A stretch of 64,000 nt of DNA from Asterias rubens (taxonomy: Eukaryota). Both the position numbers and the translations under genes were made by a program. The notes below the pieces were generated by a model, which was not told where the DNA came from, did no database searches, and saw nothing but the letters and a program-made list of their open reading frames with translations. The stretch's first letter is position 1, and every line of letters starts with the position of its first letter. Location: the NCBI RefSeq assembly GCF_902459465.1, contig NC_047075.1:248001-312000 (forward strand). Direction: 5' to 3'. Positions 49,859 to 61,582 of the stretch are shown here, one piece after another.

Positions 49859-52800
49859 CTAATAACCGGTACGTTCATCCGCCATATGTAGAGCTATCCT
49901 CTTACACAACTCCGTTTCCGTCTCTTGAGGGAACAGACAAACCTCGTTCTGGGTCGTAGCAACCACTTTATAGAGACGCTGGAATAGACTGCACTTACGA
50001 CCTCGGGTCTTCTTCAAATTGGAGATGAAGATATATTTGTCTAGATACGTTTCTCTCTCCTCTACGAAGCGAGTTGATCTACTCTTCTGTAATGAGGTAA
50101 AAGGTTTAAAAGGTCAATACCAAAGGTTAAAAAGGTCAATACCAAAGGTTAAAAAGGTCAATACCAAAGGTTAAAAAGGTCAATATAAAAGGTTAAAAAG
50201 TGGATTGATTTCACAAAGTAATATCAATAAAAACAGAATCAATTTGACATTAAAAAATATAAAATAATCTCCTATACACAATTTTAGTCCTCCACTCAAT
50301 AGTACAAAAGACAAAATACACAATACCAAATACACAGCACAGTTAGTTACTATTATGGGCGGAAGGTCAACGCAACATGAGGCTGGCAACACTAAAGTTC
50401 ATAATAGGGAGGTTTAGCTGCACGTTCCGCGTTAACGTCAAAGTCAGGTACGCACGGTCACGCAGACGTCACACATGAGCATGCAATAAGCACAAAGTGG
50501 CGACGTCACCTAGAAACAACACTTTTTTTTGACGTTCATGTTCATGTTTTGCTCGCAGAAAGTGCAGCTTAACCTCCCTATTGATTCAATCAGCCCTAAA
50601 AATTACAATTTTTTTCTCTAATAAAATGATAATTTAAATATAGAAGATTAGGTTGAAAGGAGATAATAGAGTATGGTTCCTTTTTGGAGTCTATGAATTA
50701 CGGCTGTCATTATTGCCATTGGATACAGGGAACAATACCAATGTGGCCGCAGCAGTATGATAATGGGTGCGTTCGATTAGCTTCCCTGTGTCGACCCCGC
50801 GGTGCTCATATGGGTGAGCCCTTGACAAGAGCTAATTGAACGGTCACTCACCCTCTCGTGGTGACGTCATGCATCTCTGGGCAGCCCAAATCGACCCGTT
50901 CCACAACAGGACACTTGGGGCTGACCTGGGATGCTAATTGAAAGCACCCACAGTGTATAGATTAATCTAAACGAATCTGTTTACCTTATCGGACTGAAAG
51001 GATAAAATGCTGGTATCTGTAGCGTCCACTGCAAATGCTTCAACCAATGGGGCAGACTTATCAATGTGCTTGCATAGAGCACCTAGTAATTTGTCCTGCA
51101 AAATAAAAATCAATCAATTTACATTGCTAATAATTAGCTGATGCAAACTGCTTACTAACCGAAAAGACCTGAAGACATTTCGAAGCAGAGTCTTTCTCCT
51201 TTATACTGTGTGACTTCCAAACATGATAATAATAATTTAAATTATAATACATTTTTATAGCATCTAATCTATTTCTGTAAAATACTCTAAGGTGCTTCAC
51301 AAAAAAACTTGCACAATTATATTAAAATGCTCCCAAGGATGATTTACATAAGAATCAAAATGTACCAGGGAATAAGTACATAAACAATTTAAAGTTAAAT
51401 TACTATAAAATGCCCTCTGCTCATTGCCTTGGTGCCCCTTGATTTCCATGCCCTCTGCTCATTGCCTTGGTGCCCCTTGATTTCCATGCCCTCTGCTCAT
51501 TGCCTTGGTGCCCCTTGATTTCCATGCCCTCTGCTCATTGCCTAGGTGCCCCTTGATTTCCATGCCCTCTGCTCATTGCCTTGGTGCCCCTTGATTTCCA
51601 TGCCCTCTGCTCATTGCCTTGGTGCCCCTTGATTTCCATGCCCTCTGCTCATTGCCTTGGTGCCCCTTGATTTCCATGCCCTCTGCTCATTGCCTTGGTG
51701 CCCCTTGATTTCCATGCCCTCTGCTCATTGCCTGGGTGCCCATTGATTTCCATGCCCTCTGCTCATTGCCTTGGTGCCCATTGATTTTCATGCCCTCTGC
51801 TCATTGCCTTAGTGCCCCTTGATTTGTTCTAAATGAGACTTACTGCTGGTGCATTGTGTTCTTCGACCAGGCTCTTTAGAGACACCATCTGTAGCTCATA
51901 GCGATCCATGTCCAATCCTTCAAAATCATTTTGATCTGTCAACAAAAACAAAAACAATCACAACAATTTAAATGATGTAAAATAAATAATTGCAATGTGT
52001 TCAGGGGTGGATTTCACAAAGGTAGTCCTAACTTAGGACTAGTCCTAGGCAATGCTAAGAGATAGGACCAGTCCTAAGTTAGGATGAGTTACTGGTCCTA
52101 ACTTAGGACTGGTCCTATCTCTTAGCATTTACTGGTCCTAACTTAGGACTGGTCCTATCTCTTAGCATTGCCTAGGACTGGTCCTAAGTTAGGACTACCT
52201 TTGTGAAATCCACCCCTGATCCTAAGTGATGTCATTTCCCGCTTTTAGAGTTGGAACAATAACCTTAGCCTTGCTCAAGGCAGTCGAATTATTCACTCCG
52301 AAAAAAGACCGCCGCTGTATAAAAACCCACTCATATTCACTGTGCGTAACATCGCACGACACGATGCCCCCGTACACTATCCTTGTAGGGCCTGTGTTGA
52401 AGCCACTGACCTCATTACTATAATAAGCGAAAAGTTCCCACGGTCAGCTCATTACCATAATGCCCGCGAAAGACGAGACATGTCTACATCACACACCACC
52501 ACGACGGACGCTCAGCGAGCATGATAGGCGTGCGTGATTGGACGTCAAAATGAATAATTCATTTGCCTCACATCCTGTGTTGTCTGATAGGTCTGATGAA
52601 AGATATACATATTCATGGGCTGCATACTAGCATATCTGAGAGGCCCCCCAATTTTCTCCACTTGTGGAAATTTTTCAATACTACACATTAAACCCGGAAG
52701 TTACAGACCCGACAAGGCTGTCGGCCTGACGGCCTCCGCATGCGGTTAGTGGTACGAGTGCGGATGACTTGTGTGCACAGTATTCGTACGATGTGACAGT

Positions 52801-55768
52801 GTGTATACGGGTGGGTCATGCGGTGTGATCGCATGCACCACGCACAGGGTATACAGGTGGGTTTACAGCGGCGTCTTTTCGGAGCGAATAATGCGACTGC
52901 CTTGAGCAAAGCTACAATAGCCTCAGCACCGGGGAGTACGGAGATCGAAGAGGAAACAGTGTACATGTTTCAAGAAATCACTTTCTTTTCACAAGGCAGA
53001 AATAAAAACTCTGAAGTTTCTAATCCCTGTTGTTTTAAACAGCGCCCTCTACTGTCCAACCAAAAGCAAACAATATAACAAATATATTGGTGGTTCTGAT
53101 GTTAAAGAGCGCCCTCTAGTGGCTTACCAAAAGCAAATATGACCGTCGTATTGACGGTCCTGATGTTAAAGAGCGCCCTCTAGGTTCTTACAAAAAGCAA
53201 ATATGACAACCATGTTGACAGTACTTATGTTACAGAGCGCCCTCTAGTGTCTTACCAAAAGCAAATATGACCACCGTATTGACAGTCCTGATGGGTTCCA
53301 ACTCCAGTTGATGACCGAAGAAATCACTGACCCGATGCCAGATGAGATCAGCGACCCCACACGCCACATCGACCGTCACTAGTCGTCCCAGATTGTTGAA
53401 GTAATGGAGGAAGTGCTTGACGCTAGATGTGTACAGAGCATTACGCCGCTGTGGAAATACAATGAAATATTACATAAACATGTGAAGTGAACTTGACGTC
53501 ACAGCTGTCTTTGCTGAGAAAGTTTTATAGGAGTAGAGCTCATCTCTACTGTTGTGAATTGCCAGTTACGAATGTGTGACGCCAAAATTCACTTCGCCTT
53601 CGCGGGAAGTATGAATCCAGCTTTAAACATGGCCAACTGCATTCAGACAACAACACTGATGTGAACGGGACTGTGTTAAGCCTCATGATTCATGGTGATG
53701 TGGTCTAGTGGTTAGACTGCAGGACTTGCAATCACAAGGTTGTACATGTAGGTTCGAATCCCACCAAGCTAATCACTGATTTCACAATGACTAGATCAAG
53801 TATTGTCATCTAGTTATATGTAGGTTCGAATCCCACTAAGCTAATCACTGATTTCACAATGACTAGATCAAGTATTGTCATCTAGTTATATGTAGGTTCG
53901 AATCCCACTAAGCTAATCACTGATTTCACAATGACCAGATCAAGTATTGTCATCTAGTTATATGTAGGTTCGAATCCCACTAAGCTAATCACTGATTTCA
54001 CAATGACTAGATCAAGTATTGTCATCTAGTTATATGTAGGTTCGAATCCCACCAAGCTAATCACTGATTTCACAATGACTTGATCAAGTATTGTCATCTA
54101 GTTATATGTAGGTTCGAATCCCACCAAGCTAATCACTGATTTCACAATGACTTGATCAAGTATTGTCATCTAGTTATATGTAGGTTCGAATCCCACCAAG
54201 CTGACCACTGATTTCACAATGACTTATCAAGTATTGTCGTCTAGGTACTAAATCACATATTCTTGGTTTTTGCAACTCATTACCTGTGTTCTGCTCGTAT
54301 CCGCTTCATCACTCTGTCCAGCTTCTTTCATCTTGTCTGGATGCTTAGCGCTGTGAGCCGTTATCTGCTTAATCACCTTCTCTTCCGGTATGGCAAGATT
54401 TAAGGCAAATAAATTGGGGAACTGTAAAAGAGAGGATACCAGATTTCAGTTAATAGTAAAAGTAATAACAACTGTATTTCTAACACCTCCAAAAGAGTCT
54501 CTTAGCACTCAGACAAACAAACAAAAACTACATAAAAATACAATGAGTTGAACAGAAATGTTATAGGAAGACTCTTGAAATGTGCCTTGAGAAAAGCACT
54601 TTACTATAATTGCTTTGAAGAGTTGGGAAGGAAGTGCATTCTGCTCTACCAGCCAGGCTGCTAGTGGATGATACCCACGCCTACACCCTTATGGGGTGTA
54701 CAGGGGGTAACCCTGTTTCAGCCCCAGGATCAGGTGGCAACGTGCCCTTGGTGGCAGTAGCCCTCTCCTAGTGCATTCTGCTCTACCAGCCAGGCTCCTA
54801 GTGAATGATACCCACGCCTACACCCTTATGGGGTGTACAGGGGGTAACCCTGTTTCAGCCCCAGGATCAGGTGGCAACGTGCCCTTTGTGGCAGTAGCCC
54901 TCTCCTAGTGCATTCTGCTCTACCAGCCAGGCTCCTAGTGGATGATACCCATGTCTACACCCTTATGGGGTGTACAGGGTGTAACCCTGTTTCAGCCCCA
55001 GGAGTAGGTGGCAACGTGCCCTTTGTGGCAGTAGCCCTCTCCTAGTGCATTCTGCTCTACCAGCCAGGCTCCTAGTGGATGATACCCACGCCTACACCCT
55101 TATGGAGTGTACAGGGGGTAACCCTGTTTCAGCCCCAGGATGAGGTGGCAACATGCCCTTTGTGGCAGTAGCCCTCTCCTAGTGCATTCTGCTCTACCAG
55201 CCAGGCTGCTAGTGGACGATACCCATGCCTACACCCTTATGGAGTGTACAGGGGGTAACCCTGTTTCAGCCCCAGGATCAGGTGGCAACGTGCCCCTGGT
55301 GGCAGTAGCCCTCTCCTAGTGCATTCTGCTCTACCAGCCAGGCTCCTAGTGGATGATACCCATGTCTACACCCTTGTGGAGTGTACGGGGGTAACCCTGT
55401 TTCAGCCCCAGGATCAGGTGGCAACGTGCCCCTGGGGTGGCACTTCATCTGGGTCAATAGCCCAAATTAGTTAAGTGTAGTCGCCATCTTGAAGTGGCTG
55501 TCTGACCTTGTGAGTTTGGCTTCATTACAGTATATCTCTTAAAAATAAAACCTAAAACAAACATTTTTCAGAAAAAAAAAACCTAACTCCTTACCCTCTT
55601 CTCAAAGTTCTTCATATCATATTCTGGTTCTTGGATGTATTTTTCACATCGGAGTAAGAATCTGAGGTTGGGCATGATGTCAACGATGTGAGGGCGCTTT
55701 GCGTCTTTCTCAATCTCATTCCCTATCAGTTCCAAGATCCATTCCAACGACAGCAATGACTGGTTATC
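49859..55768 (-). CDS. Adenylate-kinase-fold protein (invertebrate 'AK5-like' type), 3' six exons; P-loop exon not found
   Basis: Exons: 55768-55595 (SLEWILELIGNEI...HIVDIMPNL), 54421-54284 (FPNLFALNLAIPEEKVIKQI), 53448-53256 (RRNALY...YFNNLGRLVTVD...IWHRVSDFF...TVNTVVIFAF), 51935-51844, 51095-50985, 50086-49859 (...VCLFPQETETELCKRIALHMADERTGY, TAG). All GT-AG with phases 0,0,1,0,0. Element order matches the NMP kinase core (PLETVLDML / LIDGFPR / LxLDxPEE / KRLxxY / YxxxGxLxxVD). Confidence 0.8.
50100..50192. repeat. 22-bp tandem repeat, about 4 copies
   Basis: aaaggttaaaaaggtcaatacc repeated. Confidence 0.88.
50403..50583. mobile_element. MITE with TIR AATAGGGAGGTT(T)AGCTGCAC
   Basis: aatagggaggtttagctgcac ... 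gtgcagcttaacctccctatt. A relative with (a/g)atagggag ends lies at about 59090-59292. Confidence 0.7.
51410..51823. repeat. 38-bp minisatellite, about 11 copies
   Basis: atgccctctgctcattgccttggtgccccttgatttcc, head to tail without spacers. Confidence 0.95.
52002..52218. mobile_element. Palindromic MITE with TIR CAGGGGTGGATTTCACAAAGGTAGTCCTAACTTAGGACT
   Basis: About 80-bp near-perfect arms built from GTCCTAACTTAGGAC subrepeats. Degraded relatives at about 14610-14800 and 58460-58590. Confidence 0.85.
53035..53292. repeat. 64-bp tandem repeat (4 units) overlapping an exon 3' end and donor site
   Basis: Donor-like TTTTG|GT on the minus strand after 53256, 53192, 53128 and 53061; each unit has agcgccctct. 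Confidence 0.88.
53697..54245 (+). repeat. tRNA-derived SINE head expanded into a 72-bp tandem array (7 B-boxes)
   Basis: A-box-like TGGTCTAGTGG at 53701; GGTTCGAATCCC at 53751, 53823, 53895, 53967, 54039, 54111 and 54183. Confidence 0.9.
54633..55442. repeat. 137-bp tandem repeat, about 6 copies
   Basis: gtgcattctgctctaccagccaggct at 54633, 54771, 54908, 55045, 55182 and 55319. Confidence 0.95.
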
Positions 55769-58201
55769 CTGAAACACACAAACAACAACAACAACAACAT
55801 TTTATTGTGTTGATTCTTCTCAAATTTGTTGATTTCTGAGAAGTTCACAAAATTTTAAGCTGCACAAATTCCATATAATCCAATTCACTCCAGAGTGACA
55901 TACGTGTAATAGCATGGATGCCTTGAAGTTTAATTTGGACACTGTTTTTATAAATTAATGACATTAGCCATGTCACATTTGAAAGACAATACAAGTATGC
56001 TTCAGCCAAACTTCCAAACTTTGGGTCTAGTCCAGAACTCCCCCCATGTTTAAAGAATCCTCAGGACAACCCTGAAGTTAATGTATGTCTATTCCATCAG
56101 AGCAAGCAATGTCATAACATTGAGTTCCTCATGATGATTTATGAATGTTTTGTGATGAGGTTGCCATTGTTAGTCTTTCTTGCACTTAATTAAAGAGGAC
56201 TTTCTCTGCTCAATGAAGACTACTATCATACGATGGTCTTCAGGGGAACACCCTCCTTCTGTAATTAATACAGTCTGTCAAATGCAGAATGTTTTATTTT
56301 TATTTTATATACTGAGCCTATTATGTGTAAATGACTTCAGTGACTGTGAACTGGCTAGAGGAAAGGCAAATCCCTTTGGTAGTGTGGTGTAATGACCAGA
56401 GCTCAATTTCATCTGCTTTTAACAGCACTGAATATTGCTTAATAATTTCCTGCTAAGCAGAAAAGAGCAGGATGTCAGTCACAGATAGTACATGTCAAAA
56501 TGGTGTTTTGGCTGGTAACCTTATTCTGCTCAGCATTTTGTTGCTGTGCTTACAAGCAGCACTATGATAAAGGCTCTGGGCCAACATGTACTGTACATTA
56601 TACAGTACGTGCAAGGGTTGTCCCACTTATTATTGTAGGGAGAAAACAGAGTGTCTGCCTCATTAATATTTTGTTGGCCCTCAATCAGACAGATTTGAGA
56701 GCCGAATAAAAGGAATGTACTTGTACATGATTTTACTCAGTGTAAAAAAAAAACGACCTGGGGGTTGCTGACTAAAACAAATGGTCCTATTTGCCCCTGA
56801 AGTGTAGGGACTGTTTTTTAAGATTGATGCTTGGTCATTTGCAATTAAACGCAGGGGTAGGCATAATACATTATAGGGGTGTTTTTCATTTGGCATGTTT
56901 GGAGGGGGAATAACCTGAAAGGGCTTGGGACTCCCCATATCAAATTGAGCCGAGAATAAAGTACGAGTCGATGGATGAATTTCTCTTTACTGTAAAAATC
57001 TGGTGAGACTTTGCAGTATTTTGCAACACTATATTTGAATATTTAGCATTTTGCAAGGTATCCTTCAGGAGTTTAATAAGTTGGATGCACTCCTAATGAT
57101 ATTGTTGTAGCAAGCTACACACACATGTACATGTACTAGGCCCACTGTACTAGTGTACTGTATTAAAGCACCAAATTATGCCATGTATGCTAGAACTAGA
57201 ATAAGGTTAACCAGAATAAAGTTACGCCCTCGATTGGTTAAATAAGCGTGTGCGTATTCAGCGCTGAGCAACTCAACCAATAGAATGCGTTCTCTTTGTG
57301 TTGTTATCGTTATCATTTTCATTATCGCTGCAGTGTGACCGGGCCTTTAGCCAGTTTGGAAAAAGCTTGAGAAATAAAACTATGTTATTCAACACAAAGT
57401 GGTTAAACAGGTCAATTATTACAAATGAATTAAAGACCATGCACTCGTCTTGATTCAACATTTGCAAGACGAGTTGATCACATTATACAGCAATTAGAAT
57501 CCTCATTGCTATAGTGATTCGCATTGTGACATCACATTTCTGCTCAAGCAATTAAGATTTGGTTTTTGATATCAATCTTAGCTCTTTGTGCAATTTAGCC
57601 CTGGGCCTTCATTAGAATGGAAATAACTAATAAACCCAGACTATTATGACGGTTTCATATTTTTCAATGTTAAAGTCTATGGGAAAACTTTTAAAGGGGC
57701 ACTAAGGCTAGACCAGGGGCAACAGAGGCAATTGCCTATGTGGCCTCCATGTCCCAGGCATGTTGCTAGATAAAGTTTTATTATTGCCATTTGTTCATTA
57801 CGTTTCAGTTTGAGCTTAATAACTAGTGAAGCATTACTCGGTAAAGGAAACTGATTAGGTTTGCAGACTTCAGTGAATAATTTCCACAAGCTTGCACTCG
57901 CCAAAATGAGTTTGCAATCAACAACAAGACAAGGTATTTCTTGTCCTTGCTCTATGGTCTACCATACAGCTTGAGCTTCTCTAGATCAATGTTTATCCAG
58001 TAAGGTTTATATTGACATGATGTACCTCTCTGATCTATTTTCATGGTGGCTTGTCTGAAATGAAGCAGCACAGCATTGTCTATGCACAGTGTAGGCCTAA
58101 CAACTGAAAGTTTCAATCAGTATGCTCTGATCAATTGTCTTCATCAGAAGATAGGGAAAAAACACCATAATAAAACTCTTGATCATGTACATGTACAGCC
58201 A

Positions 58202-58445
58202 GGGCCCAATTTTATAGAGCTGCTTAAGCAAAAGATTTTGCTTAAGCAAAAAAATCTTTGCTTTGTAAAATCAGATTACCGGCTAAGACTCCACTTATTT
58301 GTTATGCTCAGTAAACAACAGCTTAATATAAGTCATTAGCAATGTACATGGCATGAGATTTTTGCCAGTAACATGTGTAAAATAAGCAAGCTATTTTCGT
58401 GCTTAAGCACATTTGTTGCTTAAGCAGCTCTATGAAATTGGGTCC
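58202..58445. mobile_element. MITE, GGGCCCAATTTCATAGAGCTGC family
   Basis: Ends gggcccaattttatagagctgcttaagca ... tgcttaagcagctctatgaaattgggtcc. Confidence 0.78.
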
Positions 58446-59974
58446 AGGACAGGAATACCTGATCAATTTCACAAAATGCTTGAGTTAGGACGAGTAACCC
58501 GTCCTTACTTGGTTCAATGCGTCCTACGTCTTTGAATACGGAACTGAACTCGTCCAAAGTCTTAAGATTAATCCTAAGTTAGGGAAAAGAGCTTGGTGAA
58601 ATTGACGGCAGTCACAGTAGAATTTTTCTTGTTATTGTACACTCTACTGTACATTACACATCAATATGTCTGTGCACTCTATTCTGTCTGTGTACATATC
58701 GTCATGAGCTTGTTTGTTTGTTTTGGGATGATCTTCCCATCAAGGAATTTGGCAAACTCCCACAAGAGGATATAAACGCCAAGATCGCATCATCCTCTCC
58801 AAGATGGATTTGACAAGTAGGATTTAATCACATACTTGCCCTTAAATTAAGTGACTAGCCAGCAGGGAGGACCAGTTAGTTTGTTATTCCACTAATCAAT
58901 CAGCTCGTAATACACTTTAAGAAATAAGGATTCTTTTCAACACCCAACTAGCCAGCCAGAGCACTTGCAAGGAATTTTGAGTTTCCCTCAGGAGTGTTTA
59001 ACTGACATTTGGACACCAGACCAATGTTAATTGAGAGAACCTTGCATTATTTGTTTCAAACATTTTTGTACTACATGTACATGACAGATTGATAGGGAGC
59101 GAACGGATACGCTAGCGAACGGATACGCATACGCATACTTTAAGCTATCCGTAACCTACTTACATGTACATGTAGCACGCACGATATCAATGTCGTCTGC
59201 ATGTATAGCGGATAGCGAGTAGCGTATGACGTCATAATGATGACATATCTGTCGCACTAACCGTATCCGTTGGCATGCGAAACCTCCCTATTGAAGGATA
59301 GCACGTTTCTTAAAGCTGTTTTTCCAATGGTGAAGGTCTGTCCATATTGAACTCAACACATTTTCATCTTGATACAATGTATGTAGCGCACAACTTGAGG
59401 AGTACATGTATGTTGATTAATACTAGATGTCAATTTGAAACAGCACAGGCTTTGCAGCAATCCAACATTGAGGGACACTTCTATTTATTTAATAGATAGA
59501 AATATGTCTTACTGTGTAGAATGGAAGACCCAATGACAATGGTGGTAATTATCTGACTAACTCAAAGTTGAAGGTTTCACAGCAGATTGTACCATCTGTA
59601 AACAGGATGAATTATAAGATACTTTGGCTATAGGCCTCCCTGTACACATACAGTACCATACCATCTTCCGTAACACTAACAGTAAATTAATAAGTCTTCA
59701 ATTCAATATAATAATGCATAGGCATTTTCAATTCAGGGTAATGGACAATGGTTTCTCTCATATAAATATAGAATTCCATAAAGTAGTACAATGCATTACA
59801 TCACGCAGAAAGCAAATTCATTTCTGAATATCTTAATCTCCATAATTCCAGTCCACTGACTGACCTTTATTATTTAACAAGCTGTGTTCATCCCCATGGG
59901 AGGAATTATGCGTGAGGTGTGGGTATAACTGGCTGTGACAGCTGACTGATATAACTCAGCCAGGCTTGGAATAT

Positions 59975-60342
59975 GGAATGGGTCTACTGAAGCCATGGGT
60001 CCACTCAGGATGGAATGGGTCTACTGAAGCCATGGGTCCACTCAGGATGGAATGGGTCTACTGAAGCCATGGGTCCACTCAGGATGGAATGGGTCTACTG
60101 AAGCCATGGGTCCACTCAGGATGGAATGGGTCTACTGAAGCCATGGGTCCACTCAGGATGGAATGGGTCTACTGAAGCCATGGGTCCACTCAGGATGGAA
60201 TGGGTCTACTGAAGCCATGGGTCCACTCAGGATGGAATGGGTCTACTGAAGCCATGGGTCCACTCAGGATGGAATGGGTCTACTGAAGCCATGGGTCCAC
60301 TCAGGATGGAATGGGTCTACTGAAGCCATGGGTCCACTCAGG
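59975..60342. repeat. 37-bp minisatellite, 10 essentially identical copies
   Basis: ggaatgggtctactgaagccatgggtccactcaggat, head to tail. Confidence 0.95.
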
Positions 60343-61214
60343 ACATGCTCTCTAGCGCCACCTGGACCCAAACATTCATAGAGTTGCTTTAAAGACCATA
60401 CAAAATACCCCCTTCAGCCATCTACATTTTAAAGATCATGTATTAATTAATACCTTACCATATTCCTAGATTTTTACACGGATCTTGTACAGTATTTGAG
60501 AAAAAAACGAAATTCGCGGCGAAAAATTATCCCGCAATATAAAGGGTTCACCGATGGTGGCAGCAAACATATTGCCAAAATTAATGACTTAGCTGGAAGT
60601 GTGGTTTCTTCGGGTTTACTCGCTGCCGCCTGCACACGACCGTGTACAGCAATGGTCTGGTTACTTCAGATCAAACTCACAAAAATTATTTTAAAAATCA
60701 TCAAATAGAATGCCCCAGAAATGCCCCAGATTGCACGGTAGGGCTATTAAGATGAACATCGAGTTAAAAACATTCTAAAGACCTCATTTCGTCACAACAT
60801 CAAAAATTTTGTTCATGGTTTTGAAAATGTCCCCCAGTTTATAACAAATCTGGGGGAGGACCTGATTCATCATCATGCAAGCAGTCAGCAGACAAAGTAG
60901 AAGAAGTGTGTGGTAGAGTGTGGATTGGATGTCAAGGGACTTGTGATAATTGAACGTGTAACTGTTCACATGATCCATCTGCCGATGTTATCAAATTACT
61001 GCTGTGTGTGTGAATCAGGAATAGGACTACATATCAATGCAAAGTTATGCAAGTGGGTCAGGGATTCCAAAAGGCTGCTACGTAAATTAGTAGCGTCTCC
61101 TTGTTAGGCTTTAAAAGGGAGGGTACCATTGGTAATTACTACTTAATTAATGACTGTAAAAACCTCATTGCCTAATTTGATTTTCTCTGATTCTAAGTAT
61201 GTAACTGAGACTGT

Positions 61215-61582
61215 TTAAAGCCATTGGACACTTTCGGAACAGAAAAAAAAAAGTTCACAGATTTACAAATAGTTTACTGGGTTTACAGAAGGTAATGGTG
61301 AAAGACTTCTCTTGAAATATTATTCCATGAAATGCTTTACTTTTTTGAGAAAACATTAAAACAATATCAATTCTCTAAATTTAGATTTATTCTAAACACA
61401 TGTCATGACACTGCGAAACATGCGGAAACAAGGTTAGGTTTTTTCTGTTATTTTCTCCCGACTCCGATGACCAATTGAGCCAAAATTTTCACAGGTTTGT
61501 TATTATATATATAACTATGTTGTGATACACGAAGTGTGGGCCTTGCACAATACTGTTTACCGAAAGTGTCCAATGGCTTTAA
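61215..61582 (-). mobile_element. MITE with TIR TTAAAGCCATTGGACACTTTCG
   Basis: Both TIRs intact; interior is the reverse complement of 17982-18345. Confidence 0.82.

Noticed and set aside
53697-54245. Tandem tRNA gene cluster (72-bp period, T-loop motif)
   Set aside because: Units have only a T-arm-like piece; no acceptor stem, D-arm or anticodon arm can be folded, and only one A-box exists.
57955-58054. GCCACCATG Kozak-like start (MKIDQR...) as first exon of the AK-like gene
   Set aside because: The nearby donors are not in phase 0 as the 55768 exon requires, and the peptide has no P-loop or clear AK similarity.
59513-59595. Exon-like segment with good acceptor and donor on the minus strand
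   Set aside because: Stop codons in all three frames, so not coding; it could only be a UTR or poison exon, and nothing supports that here.
51410-60342. 36-38-bp repeats as CRISPR arrays
   Set aside because: Units are head to tail with no unique spacers, there are no cas genes, and the context is eukaryotic introns.
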